This document shows positions 39,311-51,378 of a stretch of DNA of 64,000 nt, in pieces. How positions within the stretch are numbered: the stretch's first letter is position 1; every line of letters begins with the position of its first letter. The DNA comes from the human T2T-CHM13v2.0 reference genome, Homo sapiens. The translations under genes were made by a program, and so were the position numbers. Location of the stretch: NCBI RefSeq assembly GCF_009914755.1, contig NC_060929.1; one strand, 5' to 3'. Under the pieces are notes generated by a model that was given only the letters and a program-made list of their open reading frames with translations, searched no databases and was not told the origin of the DNA.

Positions 39311-39950
39311 TTAGCTGCTGTGCTGCTGTTATTTTGTTCTCTAAGAAATAAAAGTGGTAACACAAGAATATCTAGATAGAGCTTGCCACGTGCTTGGCAA
39401 AAAGAGACCTAGACATTGCTGAACACATATGCTTTCTACCAACACATTCTTGTTAGATGCAACCATGTGCCAGGGCCTAAATGGTCTCATCAAGTCCTAT
39501 GATCCCATGTGCTATAGCAGTTTTAAGATCTATTTTATACAGAAAGAAACTGAAACTCTGAAAAGTTTAGTGACTTGCTATCAGACAGCAAGGTAGTATC
39601 TGGCAAAGTTGGGTTTTGTTTTTGTGAGACTCCAACATGCAGGCTCTTTCCTCTATTCTGACTAGTGTCCTAAAATGAAGTAAAATTTGATATCACTGAA
39701 AAAGTATTTGAATTTAAGGAAAGAGTAATACACATTTTCATCTTAGTAACTATCAGTATGATAAAGATAACTGAGAATAATTATATAACACTTTAAAAAG
39801 CCACAAAGGACTAGCACCATAATTTGTGACTTTATCTGACAATGGACCTATGAATGTGTCATTTCTAGTTACCCTCTTCTCATAAATGAGGCTGAAATTC
39901 AGGACCTAGATGTCTCCCTTATCAGCATGGAGCTGTAATTGTTAAAGTCA

Positions 39951-40335
39951 GGACTAGTTTCCTGGGGCTGCTGTAATAAAATATGACAGACTGGGTGGCT
40001 TAAACAACAGATATGTATTTTCTCACAGTTCTGTAGGCTGAAAGTCCAAGATCAAGGTGACAGCAGGGCTAGTTTCTCCCATGGCCTCTCTCATTGGCTT
40101 GAAGATGGACACCTTCCTGCTGTGTCCTCACATGGTCTTTTCTTTGTGCACATGTATCCCTCCTGTCCCTTCCTTTTCTCTTAAGGACACCAGTCAGACT
40201 GAATTAGGACCCTACCATTATGACCTTATTTAACCTCAGTTATCTTTTTAAAAGCTCTGTCTCCAAATAAGGTCACATTGCAGTTTAGGGCTTCAATATT
40301 TGGATCTGGGAGAAACACACTTTCAGTTAATAATA
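39951..40335 (-). mobile_element. MaLR solo LTR (MLT1B-type)
   Basis: gggctgctgtaataaaatatgacagactgggtggcttaaacaacag...ttaaggacaccagtcagactgaattagg...ctccaaataaggtcacatt. Confidence 0.88.
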
Positions 40336-41274
40336 CCAAGCTTTCTCATTTCTGGTCTCACCCATGTTGTTAGTCATGATGCTTTTCTCAGAGTACTGTA
40401 AAAACAAGTTCTGTTGTTGGCATTTTTCATGGGAAAAGAAATACATAAAATGTGATGATGGATACATTTATAAAGATTAATAACCAATCTTTGAAGTATA
40501 AGAATTTTAAATATTCAATAATTTACACATTTGATAACTACACACTTGGGGTCTGGTCCACTATAATATCTTGGACTAAGAGAAAAATAATGAATCTGAA
40601 AATAAAATTGATTCTAGCTGATACAATAACTAATTTCACATGTTAAGAAGTATCAGGAAGTTAGAATCTATTCCATACAGGTTTGAGGAAGAAACAATGA
40701 TGGGGCATGCACTATCTTACACTAATACCTTCAAATTTTAACATTCTAAAGTGTAGAAAGTTTAGGCAGCACTCCATAGGTCAAACCAGCCTCAACATGT
40801 ACCTTTAAATGCCACGTTAGATTAATAGCTGGGTATGCTGAATGATTCAATGGATGATTCATAGGACGACTGCTTACTCCTGGAATCAGACGGATTCTAT
40901 GACACAGTTTAATTTGTTTGCACTTAGCAGCAGTGTGGACAACGTAAGGGAGTCTATAATGGAAGCAGCTGGGGGAGAAATCTGTAGGAAAAATGTAAAC
41001 AAATCTTTCAACACTTAGTGAATGTAGGTAGAGAGCATTTAATATGGACACCACTATAAATGATTTGAACTGCAATATTGGTTTTTAAAAACACAGTCTG
41101 TCCAGTGGTATTTTTATAGTTGGTGTCAACCACAGTTGTTTTTAGTTACAGCTTGCATAACATTTCAAGATAAATCAAAGTGAACTGTTCTGAATTTTAA
41201 AAAGTAGCACAGATTTGCTAATACTGTAATCATTGCTTTGACCAAAGGCTACTTTGCACTATGTCTACATAACA

Positions 41275-42110
41275 CTTATTCGACAAATATTTATTAAGTG
41301 TTGATTACTCTCTAGATACCATCCAAGGCACTGGGAATATATCAATGAATAAAACACAGTCCCAGTATGCAATATACTTATAGTGTCTCCTGGGGAGAGA
41401 AGCACCTGAAACGCAGGGTAAATGCTAAATGACATAAGTGTTTGTTCTGGATTCTGGAGAAGGGGCAACATCTATGCTTGTCTTGACTAAGGGAAATTAA
41501 GATAAGTTTCCTAAAGAAGACAGTGTCCAAGCTCAGATCAAGGGCCAAGAGTTAGGCAAGGAGTTGGCAGGAAGAGCCTCCTGAGAAAAGGGCTAAGTAT
41601 ATATAATGTAGTGAAGATCAAACTAAGCTCAGTACAGGAAGCCATGTACCATGATTGAACCACAGAATGGGAATCAAGGGGTGTTGAAAAATGAGGTTGG
41701 AAAAGTTCTCAAGCGAGTGTGTGCACAATGAAGAGGAGCTTTTTTTCTGGAGCAAATACAGCTTTTAAAGAGCTTTAAGAATGGGAGTGATATTCAGCAT
41801 TGTCTTTTGTTTTTAGAAAAATTACTCTAGTTGACTGTGAGCATATTGTCAACTAGACATAGTAAGAAGACATAGTAGGAAGACCAGGTAAGAGTTAACA
41901 TAGTAATGTAGGTTTATAGCATCCTGAACAAAAGCATAATGTGGACCATTTTGACACGTTTTAAAGAGGTAATATTGATTGGATTGAATGCGGAAAGTGG
42001 AGGAGAGAAAAAACTGAATATGTTCCTGAGGATTCTGAATTAGGCAACTTGTAAATCAAGGTGTCATTAACTAAGAACCAGGAGCAGGCTGGAGGAAAGA
42101 CAGTGGCATA
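41275..42110 (-). mobile_element. L2 fragment
   Basis: ttattcgacaaatatttattaagtg...aggcactgggaatatatcaatgaataaaacacagtccc...tttagaaaaattactctag. Confidence 0.75.
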
Positions 42111-42173
42111 TGTTGAATACTATTTTATTTAATTTATTTAAACAATCCTTACTGAAGCCCTACTTGTGCTTGA

Positions 42174-44623
42174 TATTGTAATCCATCAGGCTACTATAAC
42201 AAAATACCAAAATCTGAGTAGTTTAAATAACATAAATGTATTTATCTCACAGTTCTGGAGGCTGGAAAGTCCAAGATCAAGGCACTGGCAAACTTAGTGT
42301 TTAGTGAGACCCACTTCCTGGTTCACAGATGGCCATCTTTTTGCTGTGTCCTCACAATGGCAGAACGGGTAGAAGAGCTTTCTATGGCTCCTTTCACAGA
42401 AGCACTAATCCCATTCATGAGGAATCCAATCTTATGACCTAATCAATCCCCGGTAGCCCAACCAAATATCATTACCTCGGGTGTTAGCTTTCAACATATA
42501 AATTGGGGTAAGATACAAACATTTACTCCATAAGATATCAACCTTGGGCCCCCAACATTTATGTCTTCTCAAATGTAAATATATTCATTTCATCCCAATA
42601 ACCCCATAAGTCTTAATTAATTCCAGCATCAACTTAAAGGTCTAAAGTTCAAAGTCTTATGTAATTATCATCTAAATCAAATGGGTGAAACTCAAGATAT
42701 GAGTCATTTTGAGGCAAATTTTTCTCCAGCTATGAACCTGTGAAATCAAACAAGTTACATGTTTCCAAAATATAATGGCATGACAGGCATATGATAGATA
42801 TTCCCATACCAAAAGAGAAATATAAAAAGAAGAAAGGGGCAACAGGTTCCAAGTAACCCCAAACTCCAACAGAGCAATCAATGTTAAATCTAAAGGCTTA
42901 TGAATAATCTTAAACTCCATGTTCTAGCCTCCAGGCCCACTGGGACAGAAGTCCTGTCTTCCAGGCACATTGGGGCAGGGATCCCACCTCCTGAACCCAC
43001 TGGGGTGGCAGTCCAATCCCCTCAGCTTTGCTGGGCAAGAGTTAGGCTCACAAAGCTGTGGGTGGGTCTGTCCCCATGGCTTTTGGAGGCACCACCCCAA
43101 TGGCTCCACTGGGAATTTCCATAGTGAGGGCTTTTTGAGGTTGGCAGAAGCCTCACTAGGGCTCTCTGCAGTGATCCTGCACCCATGGCCATTAGCTTCC
43201 TGATTCCCAACTCCATAGGCATCCTATGCCTGTGGCTTTCCTGGTATCCTTTAAAATCTAAGTGGAGGTAGCCATTCATCATGGCTCTGATGGCTGTCAT
43301 GCACTCCAGACCAGGACCCTCTGGAGCCACACTTGGGGTACTTTAGGACCACGGCACTAGAGTGTGGGAAGTGGAGCCTGCACTGTGAGGCAACACCAGC
43401 ACCAGCAGTGAGTCCTGAGGTCCCACAGGCTCTAGTGCCCTCTCTTGAAACTGCCTTGTCCCTGGGACCCTGGGACCCTTGCTCTCTGAGCCTGTGATGG
43501 AAGTGGCAACCCTGATGACACCTGAATCACCTTGGGAGAGGCGAGAGGGGGTCATTTTTCCATTGCGGTGAACAATAATAGCTCCTAGCTCTATACAAAT
43601 AGCTGACCAGTGTCTTTATTTTCTTAATGAATAGCACCTGGTTTCTGTTGAGATGGCCCATCCTTACTAATCTTATCACACAGTCACTTGACCACACCCT
43701 TAGCATTGTCTCCCGAGCAGTTTCTCATTCTTTTCAGTATTGGCAGGCTAATAATTTTCCAATTCTTTAAGTCCTTCTTCCCTTTTGATTTACAATTCCA
43801 CCTTTAAATCATTTCTCTCTTCCCAAATATTGCTATAATCAGTCAAGAGAAATCAGACTTTTCTTTCTGCACTTTGCTTAGATATTTCCTCAGCCAAATA
43901 TCCAATTTTAGCACTCTTAAAGTTTTGTTATAAAATTCTTCCCCACTTTATAACAAGAATGGCCTTTCCTGCATGTTCAAGAACATGTTCCTCATTTCTG
44001 TCTATGATTTCATCATGATACCATACCAACAGTCTATTCAGGATTACTTAGGTATCCACTTAGAGAACTCAGGCTTTCTCTATATCTCTTCTGTTTTCTT
44101 CCTGAGGCCTCACCAGAATTGCCTTCAACAGTCTGCTCATGGCCACGTAAGCTTTTTCTAGCATGCACCTCAAAATCTTTTAGCCTCAACCCACTACCAA
44201 GTCCTAACATGGCTTCCACATGTTTAGGTACTTTTTATACCAGCACCTCACTCTTGGTACCCATTTTCTGTCTTTTTCAGTTTGGGCTGTTATAATATCA
44301 TAGACTGGGAGGCTTATAAGCAACAACAATTTATTTAACAGTTCTGGAGGCTGGGCAGTGCAAAATCAAAGCGTAGGCAGATTTAATATCTGGTGAGGAC
44401 TCTCTTCCTAATTCTCATATGGCTGTCTTTTTGCATGTCTTCACATGGCAGAAGAGGAAAGTGAGCTCTCCGGGGCCTCCTTTATAGAAGCAGTAGTCCT
44501 ATTTAGAACTCCACCCTCATGACCTTATCACCTCCCAAAGGCTTAACTCCCAAATATCTGCACACTGGCAGTTAAGTTTCAACATATAAATTCTGTGGGA
44601 ACACAAACATTCAGTCCATAGCA
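42174..44623 (-). mobile_element. Full-length MaLR provirus (MLT1A-type: LTR, internal, LTR)
   Basis: LTRs at 42174-42535 and 44269-44623. The ~1.73-kb internal region has MaLR-int hallmarks (catttcatcccaata...ttccagcatcaact; ctcttggtacccattttc next to the 5' LTR). TSD cttga/cttgg. Inserted into an L2 tail. Confidence 0.9.
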
Positions 44624-45349
44624 CTTGGCATTGTGATAAACACTGGGCATAGTGTTAAACAATATAGATAAACCCCTGTAGCTCACATTCAATTGATTTC
44701 CATAACTAGGTGGAATGATCTAGAGGCAAGTGGCTCACTACAGAAGTTTGGTAATTAACAGTTCATGGGTGATATTTGACACCACAGGAGAGGGTGAGAT
44801 CATCCACAGAAAATGTTGAACAAAAGAAAAAAGATGTTTAAAAATTTTGAGAAATACCACATATCAATGATAAGAACGATTTAGTGAAAATTGTGAAGTG
44901 GCAAGTAATGTAAGAGGAAGACCAGAAGAGAACATTTGCTGCATGGCAGACTAATCATTATCTGGTTGTTTGGATCACTGTAGAAAGTCAATCAAGGTTA
45001 CTATGATGCAAAACCATATTGTTTCTAGGTGAACTGGTACCTATCCCCTTTGATATGAACCACCCAAATAACTCTCCCTTCAATACTGGGTATCAGGGAC
45101 AGAGGTATAGAGAAAGAGTGACTTGAATGAATCCTTCCTCTCATAATAGTAGAAAGATGAACGTCTCCATTGTTTTCCAAAAGGAAACTGAATTCTAGTT
45201 CACCTATGTGATTATATAACTAAATAGATAACTGAATAATTGCAAAAAGAAGCCCACCCAACTGATATTTACTGAATACTTTATATTTTAGATTTTTCTC
45301 TTTTATTTCTCCCTCAAAAGTTTCTGAATAGAAATTCTTTTACCCTGTA

Positions 45350-45600
45350 TCATAATGAGTGTAATGATGAAAATTGTATTAAGTGCTATATGCCAGACAA
45401 AATATTGCCCTACATGCATTTACATAATTTAAATATCATGAAAATATTTTGAGAGTATAATTTAGGAAAACTGAGATTTGGGGAAGTTGAGTAACTTGTC
45501 CAAGGTCACACAGCAATTATAGTAGTGGAAGTGAGATTTGAAACAAGACATAGCAGACTCTAAACTTGTGTTCTAAGTAGGTCTGTTCTATGACAACGCC
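45350..45600 (-). mobile_element. MIR SINE
   Basis: aggaaaactgagatttggggaagttgagtaacttgtccaaggtcacacagc...gagatttgaaac. Confidence 0.75.
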
Positions 45601-46025
45601 TTCATGAAGCCAAAAGGGCTTTTGATTTGCCTTTCAGAGGAAGCTCCATATTATGTTCAGAATCAATTTTAATCTTGTTATGAAACCAAAGAATATATTG
45701 TGACATTTCATTCATTAAAATTACATAATACCCTCATCTTGATATACAGATAACCTCCACAAAAGTGAAAACAAATTCACACAGTATTTTTCTCCTATGA
45801 ATTTTTTAAGGAGCTAATTTATTCATGAACAAAAATGAATAAAACCACCTCCTCACCAGTAAGGTAATGTTGTTTACGTGAATCACTTTTTGCTTGATGG
45901 AGCTAGATAGTGTCCCTTGGGATTATGTTTTGTTTCATATGCAAGTGTCAATCATGAAGGAAACATTATTTGTTAAAAAAAAAATGGTTACCAGCATCTG
46001 AGTTCTATTTATGGGTAATACCAAC

Positions 46026-46657
46026 CGATATGGTTTGGCTCTGTGTCCCCACCCAAATCTCATCTTGAATTGTACTCCCATAATTCCCACATGTTGTGGA
46101 AGGGACCTGGTGGGAGATAATTTGAATCATGGGGCAGTTTCCTCCATACTGTTCTCATGGTAGTGAATAAGTCTCATGAGATCTGATGGTTTTATCTGCG
46201 GTTTTCACTTTTGCATCTTCCTCAATTTTCTCTTGCCACCATCATGTAAGAAGTGCCTTTTGCCTCCTGCCATGATTCTGAGGCCTCCCCAGCCATATAG
46301 AAGTGTACGTCCAATTAAATCTCTTTTTCTTCTTAGTCTCAGATATGTCTTTATCAGCAGTATGAAAACAGACTAATACAGTAAATTGGTACCAATAGAG
46401 TGGGATGTTGCTGAAAAGTTACCCGAAAATGTGCAAGCAACTTTGGAACTGAGTAACAGGCAGAGGTTGGAACAGGTTGGAGGGCTCAGAAGAAGACAGG
46501 AAAATGTGGGAAAGTTTGGAACCTCCTAGAGATCTGTTGAATGTCTTTGAAAAAAATGCTGATAGTGATATGAACAATAAGGTCCAGGCTGAGAAGGTCT
46601 CAGAAAGAGATGAGGAACTTGTTTGGAACTGGAGAAAAGGTGACTCTTGTTATGTTT

Positions 46658-46688
<31 letters not shown>

Positions 46689-48632
46689 TGAGACGGAGTC
46701 TCGCTCTGTCACCCAGGCTGGAGTGCAGTGGCGCTGTCTCCGCTCACTGCAAGCTCTGCCTCCCAGGTTCATGCCATTCTCCTGCCTCAGCCTCCTGAGT
46801 AGCTGGGACTACAGACGCCCGCCACCGCGCCCGGCTAATTTTTTGTATTTTTAGTAGAGACGGGGTTTCACCACTTTAGGCAGGATGGTCTCGATCTCCT
46901 GACCTCGTGATCTGCCCGCCTCAGCCTCCCAATGTGCTGGGATTACAGGCATGAGCCACCGTGCCTGGCTGACTCTTGTTATGTTTTAGCAAAGAGACTG
47001 GTGGCATTTTGCCCCTTCCCTAGAGATTTGTGGAACTTTGAACTTGAGAGAGATGATTTAGTCCTTTAAGTATCTGGCAGAAGAAATTTCTAAGCAGCAA
47101 AGCACTCAAGAGGTGACTTGGGTGCTGTTAAAAGCATTCTGTTTTAAAAGGGAAAAAGAACATAAAAGGAAAATTTGCAGCCTGACGATACAGTAGAAAA
47201 GAAAATCCCATTTTTTGAAGAGAAATTCAAGCTGGCTGCAGAAATTTGCATAAGTAACAAATTACCAAATGTTAATCCCTAAGACAATGGGAAAAATGTC
47301 TCCAGGGCATGTCATAGGTCTTCATGGCAGCCCTTCCCATCACAAAGACAGAAGCCTAGGAGGAATAAATGGTTTTGTGGACCAGGCCCAGGGACTCCAT
47401 GCTGTGTGCAGCCTAGGACTTTATGTCCTGTGCTCCAGCTGCTCCAGCCATTGCTAAAAGGGGTCAAGGTACAGCTAGGCCCATGGTTTCAGAGGATGCA
47501 AGCCCCAAACCTTGGCAGCTTCCATGTGATGTTGAGCCTACATGTGTGCAGAAGCCAAGAATTGAGGTTTGGGAACCCCCACCTAGATTTCAGAAGATGT
47601 ATGGAAATGCCTGGATGTCAAGGCAAATGATTGCTGCAGGGGTGGGGCCCTCATAGAGAACCTCTGCTAGGGTGGTGCAGAAGGCAAGTGTGGGGTCAGA
47701 GCCCCCAAACAGAGTCCCTACTGGGGCATCACCTAGTGGATCTTGAGAAGAAGGCCATGTCCTCCAGACCCCAGAATGGTAGATCCAACAGCTTTGACTG
47801 TGCATCTGGAAAAGCTGCAGACACTCAATGCCAGCCCATGAAAGCAGCCAAGATGGGGGGCTACACTGCACAAAGCCACAGGGCTGCCCAAGACTATGGG
47901 AACCTACCTCTTGCATCAGCATGACCTGGATGTGAGACCTAGAGTCAAAGGAGATCATTTTGGAGCTTTAATTTGACTGCCCAGCTGGATTCTGGACTTG
48001 CATAGGCCCTGTAACCCCTCTGTTTTGGCCAATTTCTCCCATTTGGAATGGCTGTATTTGCCCAATACCTGTACCCTCATTGTATCCAGGAAGTAACTAG
48101 CTTGTTTTTGATTTTATACGGTCATAAGTGGAAGGGACTTGCCTTGTCTCAGTTGAGACTTTGGATTGTGGTCTTTTGGGTTAATGCTGAAATGAGTTAA
48201 GACTTCAGGGGACTGTTGGGAAGGCATGATTGATTTTTAAATATGAAGACATGAGATTCGGAGCAGGCGGGGTGGAATGATATGGTTTGGTTCCATGTCC
48301 TCACCCAAATCTCATCTTGAATTGTACTCTCATAATTCCCACGTTTTGTGGAAGGGACCCAGTGGGAGATAATTTGAATCATGTGGGTGGTTTCTCCCAT
48401 ACTGTTCTCATGGTAGTGAATAAGTCTTATGAGATCTGAAGGTTTCATCACATGTTTCTGCTTTTGCATCTTCCTCATTTTTTCTTGCCACCACCATGTA
48501 AGAAATGCCTTTCACCTCCCACCATGATTCTGAGGCCTCCCCAGCCATGTGGAACTGTAAGTCCAATTAACCCTTTTTTTCTTCCCAGTCTCAGATATGT
48601 CTTTGTCAGTAGCATGAAAATGGACTAATACA
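46026..48632 (+). mobile_element. Full-length THE1A MaLR provirus (LTR, THE1-int, LTR) carrying an AluY
   Basis: LTRs at 46026-46380 and 48278-48632 (gatatggtttggctctgtgtccccacccaaatctcatcttgaattgtactccc...gactaataca). Internal starts gtaaattggtacc. Purine tract before the 3' LTR. TSD ccaac/ccaaa. Confidence 0.95.
46658..46970 (-). mobile_element. AluY inserted in THE1A-int
   Basis: Y diagnostics ctgcaagctctgcc, ttcatgccattctcc and ggatggtctcgatctcctgacctcgtg. Perfect 16-bp TSD gactcttgttatgttt at 46642-46657 and 46971-46986. Confidence 0.95.
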
Positions 48633-48640
48633 CCAAAACG

Positions 48641-48827
48641 TTCTTCTTTTTTTTTAACTTTTATTTTAAGTTTAGAGGTACAAGTGCAGGTTTGTTACAT
48701 AGGTAAACTTGTGTCATGGGGGTTAGTTGCAAAGATTATTTCACCACCGATCACTATTAAGCCTAATATCCATCAGTTATTTTTCCTCATCCTCTCCCTC
48801 CTTCCGTCTTCCACCCTCAGAAAGGCC
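48641..48827 (-). mobile_element. 5'-truncated primate L1PA (older subfamily) 3' end
   Basis: ttttaacttttattttaagtttagaggtacaagtgcaggtttgttacataggtaaacttgtgtcatggggg...ccaccctcagaaaggcc. Confidence 0.88.
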
Positions 48828-48940
48828 TACTTTCTTTGCTTCCCTTAAATCATTTAGATTACAGTTCTAATCACCTACCTGCCTTATTGGAAAGCTACTA
48901 GCATAATTATCCTATTTCCCTCTGCAGAGCAAGGAGCCCC

Positions 48941-49673
48941 AGTAAAGTTGAGGTGAAGCCATACTGGAGTAAGGTAGGCTCCTAATCCAATATGATTGGT
49001 GTCTTTATGAGAAGATTATTATGTGAAGATACAGGGGAAATCCCATGTGAAAAGGTAATGACTGGAGATATCCAGCTGCAAACCAAGGAATGACAAAGAT
49101 CGCCAGAAAACTACTATAAGTGTCTTGGCTATCTTAGTCCTTTCATGTTTCCATAACAAAATATCTTAGACTGGGTAACTTTTAAACAATATAACTTTAT
49201 TTATCACACTTCTGGAGACTGGGAAGTCTAAACCTAATGCCTTAGCAGATTTGATTTCTGATGAGGGATTGCTTTCTGGTTGATAGATGCTGCCTTCATA
49301 CTGTGTCCGCACATGGTGGAAGGAGCTAGCTAGCTCTCTGGAGTCCCTTTTATAAGGCCACTAATTCTTTTTATGAGGATTGTGCCCTCATGACCTAATC
49401 TCCTCCCAAAGTGCCCACTTTCTAATACTATCAGACTGGGGATTAGGTTTCAACGTATGAATTTTGGGGGAACACAAATGTTCAGATCATAACAAGAAAC
49501 TAAGAAAAAGGAATGAAACAAATTCTTTCCTAGATTGTTCAGGGGAAGCATGGTTCTAATGACACCTTGATTTTGGACTGTTAGCTGCCAGAACTGTGAG
49601 ATAATACATTTTTGTTGTTTTAATCAACCCAGTTTGTGGCACTTTCCTATGACAGCTCCAGTAAATGAATATA
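48941..49673 (+). mobile_element. MLT1C-type LTR split by a younger MaLR LTR
   Basis: atactggagtaaggtaggctcctaatccaatatgattggtgtc lies before the insert and gacaccttgattttggact...cagaactgtgagataatacattt...cccagtttgtggcacttt lies after it. Confidence 0.82.
49121..49494 (-). mobile_element. MaLR solo LTR (MSTD/MLT1A-type) nested in MLT1C
   Basis: atcttagtcc...ataacaaaatatcttagactgggtaac...gattaggtttcaacgtatgaattttgggggaacacaaatgttcagatcataaca. Confidence 0.88.
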
Positions 49674-49730
49674 TATGTGTTTTTTACTGTGGTTGCCATC
49701 ACAGTCAGCCTTGCATCATGAACTACTCTT

Positions 49731-49817
49731 AATAGAGTATTTATAAATTTATAATTTATAAATACTCTATTTATAAATTATAAATTTATAATTTTATAAA
49801 TACTCTATTTATAAATT
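49731..49817. repeat. AT-rich perfect inverted repeat (19-bp arms, 3-nt loop) with a duplicated right arm
   Basis: AATAGAGTATTTATAAATT-TAT-AATTTATAAATACTCTATT at 49731-49771. Segment 49755-49779 recurs at 49793-49817. Confidence 0.92.
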
Positions 49818-50094
49818 TGTAAACTTAATCGAGTAATGAAAAATTCCAAGAGATGGAAGGGGCACTTTGGATCGTGTAGTCCAATCTCCCATCCCGAAAC
49901 TCTTTCTTTCAGAATCATTCTTGATACATGATTATGTGGTCTCTGCTTAAATTACTGATTACCCAATATACCAGAATAGGCACAATAAAAGATACAAAAT
50001 ATATAAACCATTTTCTATCTTCATAGAACTTATAATTTACCCAGAGAAAATATTTGCAACTAAATACTTATTTGAAGATCTAAATAGATAGAAA

Positions 50095-50600
50095 TAGGAT
50101 TATTTATTATGCATGTGTCAGAAAACTCAACTCTCACTAGAGTAAGCTAAAGTAAAAGTAATCAACTTACATAATAGAGTAGTCCATGGATGGGTCTAAA
50201 TTTAAAAGCAGCTTGACAGAGAACTCAAAATATAACACTACAATGAATATCTGGTCTCTCCTTTCTCAAGGTTGGCTCTAACCATAGGCTTAGTCTCCTC
50301 ATAATGTAAAAAAATATAGATAAAGCAATGTTAGGTATTTTAGCTGCAACCAAATGAGAAAGAGACTATAAGTTTCTCAGCAAAATATCTGAGGTTAACA
50401 AATAATGGGTTTACATGCGTTAAATGCTCACTTTTAAAATAATCAGTGGTCTAGAGTAGCAGAAAAATTCACCTCTGGAGCATAAGGAGGAATAATGCTC
50501 CTAAACTGAGATGAGGAAAGGGATTAACCTTGGAAAGGAAAGATGAAGGCTCTTAATGTAATAAATGGCATATTGCTGGGGAGGCAGCCAGCCAATATCT
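50095..50600. mobile_element. Old MLT1 (J/K/L-type) LTR relic
   Basis: gcatgtgtcagaaaactcaactctcact...gcagcttgacagagaactcaaa...tgctggggaggcagcc. Confidence 0.5.
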
Positions 50601-51322
50601 ACTAGATAAGAACAAATTCTACCGTATTATGTTGGTACATATATAGAAGACAAACTTCATTCCTCCTGAGCTATTTGAGAAAGTTTCATGAAACAAAACA
50701 AAACGAAACAAAACATCTTTTCTAGGTCTGAAATAATAGAAAACATAGAAAGAAAATACATAGCTGTGTACAATGAAATATCATAAATCAACACAAAGAC
50801 TCCTAAAAGAGATCACAGTCCTAGGGTGTGGTGAGTAGGAATTGATATAAAATAAGAATGGAAAGAAATGTATGAGTTGAATTGTAAAGGGCCAGAAATG
50901 CCATCAGAAGCATCAGAAGCTACCTTTACACTAAGGAGCCAAACTGACAGATGAGAAGTTGCTAAGTAATCTGTCTTAAAAGAGTTACTTCAAGTGATAG
51001 ATTAAAGAGGAGACAGGAAATTACGGTAATTATCTAAAGTAAAATATGAAGGCCTAAATTAGGACTGAGGAGGTGAAAATAGAAAATATACCACCAATTT
51101 GGTAATCTACAGGATTTGGTGGTAGGTGAGAGAGAATGGTGAGAAAGTACCTCTGAAATTTCTTCAGTAATCACTGGGAGAAGGTAACACCTTTAACCAA
51201 GGCAGGAGCTAATTTAAAGGGTGAGAAAAGGAGAGAGGTAATGATTTTAATTTTGAATTTATTGATTTTATGTTATTTAAATATACTAATATAAGGATAT
51301 TTTAAAACTACACTGAGAAAAA

Positions 51323-51378
51323 AATATATATTTATATATGTGGAATATATATATATATATATAAATTTTTATATATAT
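51323..51378. repeat. (TA)n low-complexity tract
   Basis: Read directly from the sequence. Confidence 0.85.

Noticed and set aside
41856-41885. 13-bp tandem duplication agacatagta(a/g)ga
   Set aside because: Ordinary slippage within an L2 relic.
42672-44219. Overlapping ORFs on both strands in a GC-richer block
   Set aside because: Explained by MLT1A-internal sequence, where higher GC lowers the stop-codon frequency.
46477-48478. Cluster of ORFs up to 125 aa
   Set aside because: They lie in THE1A internal, LTR or AluY sequence. They are fragments of the decayed MaLR ORF or antisense frames, with no intact gene.
49731-49817. CRISPR-like or terminator-like reading of the repeated palindrome
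   Set aside because: No unique spacers, no cas genes, and a eukaryotic context. It is a low-complexity AT palindrome.
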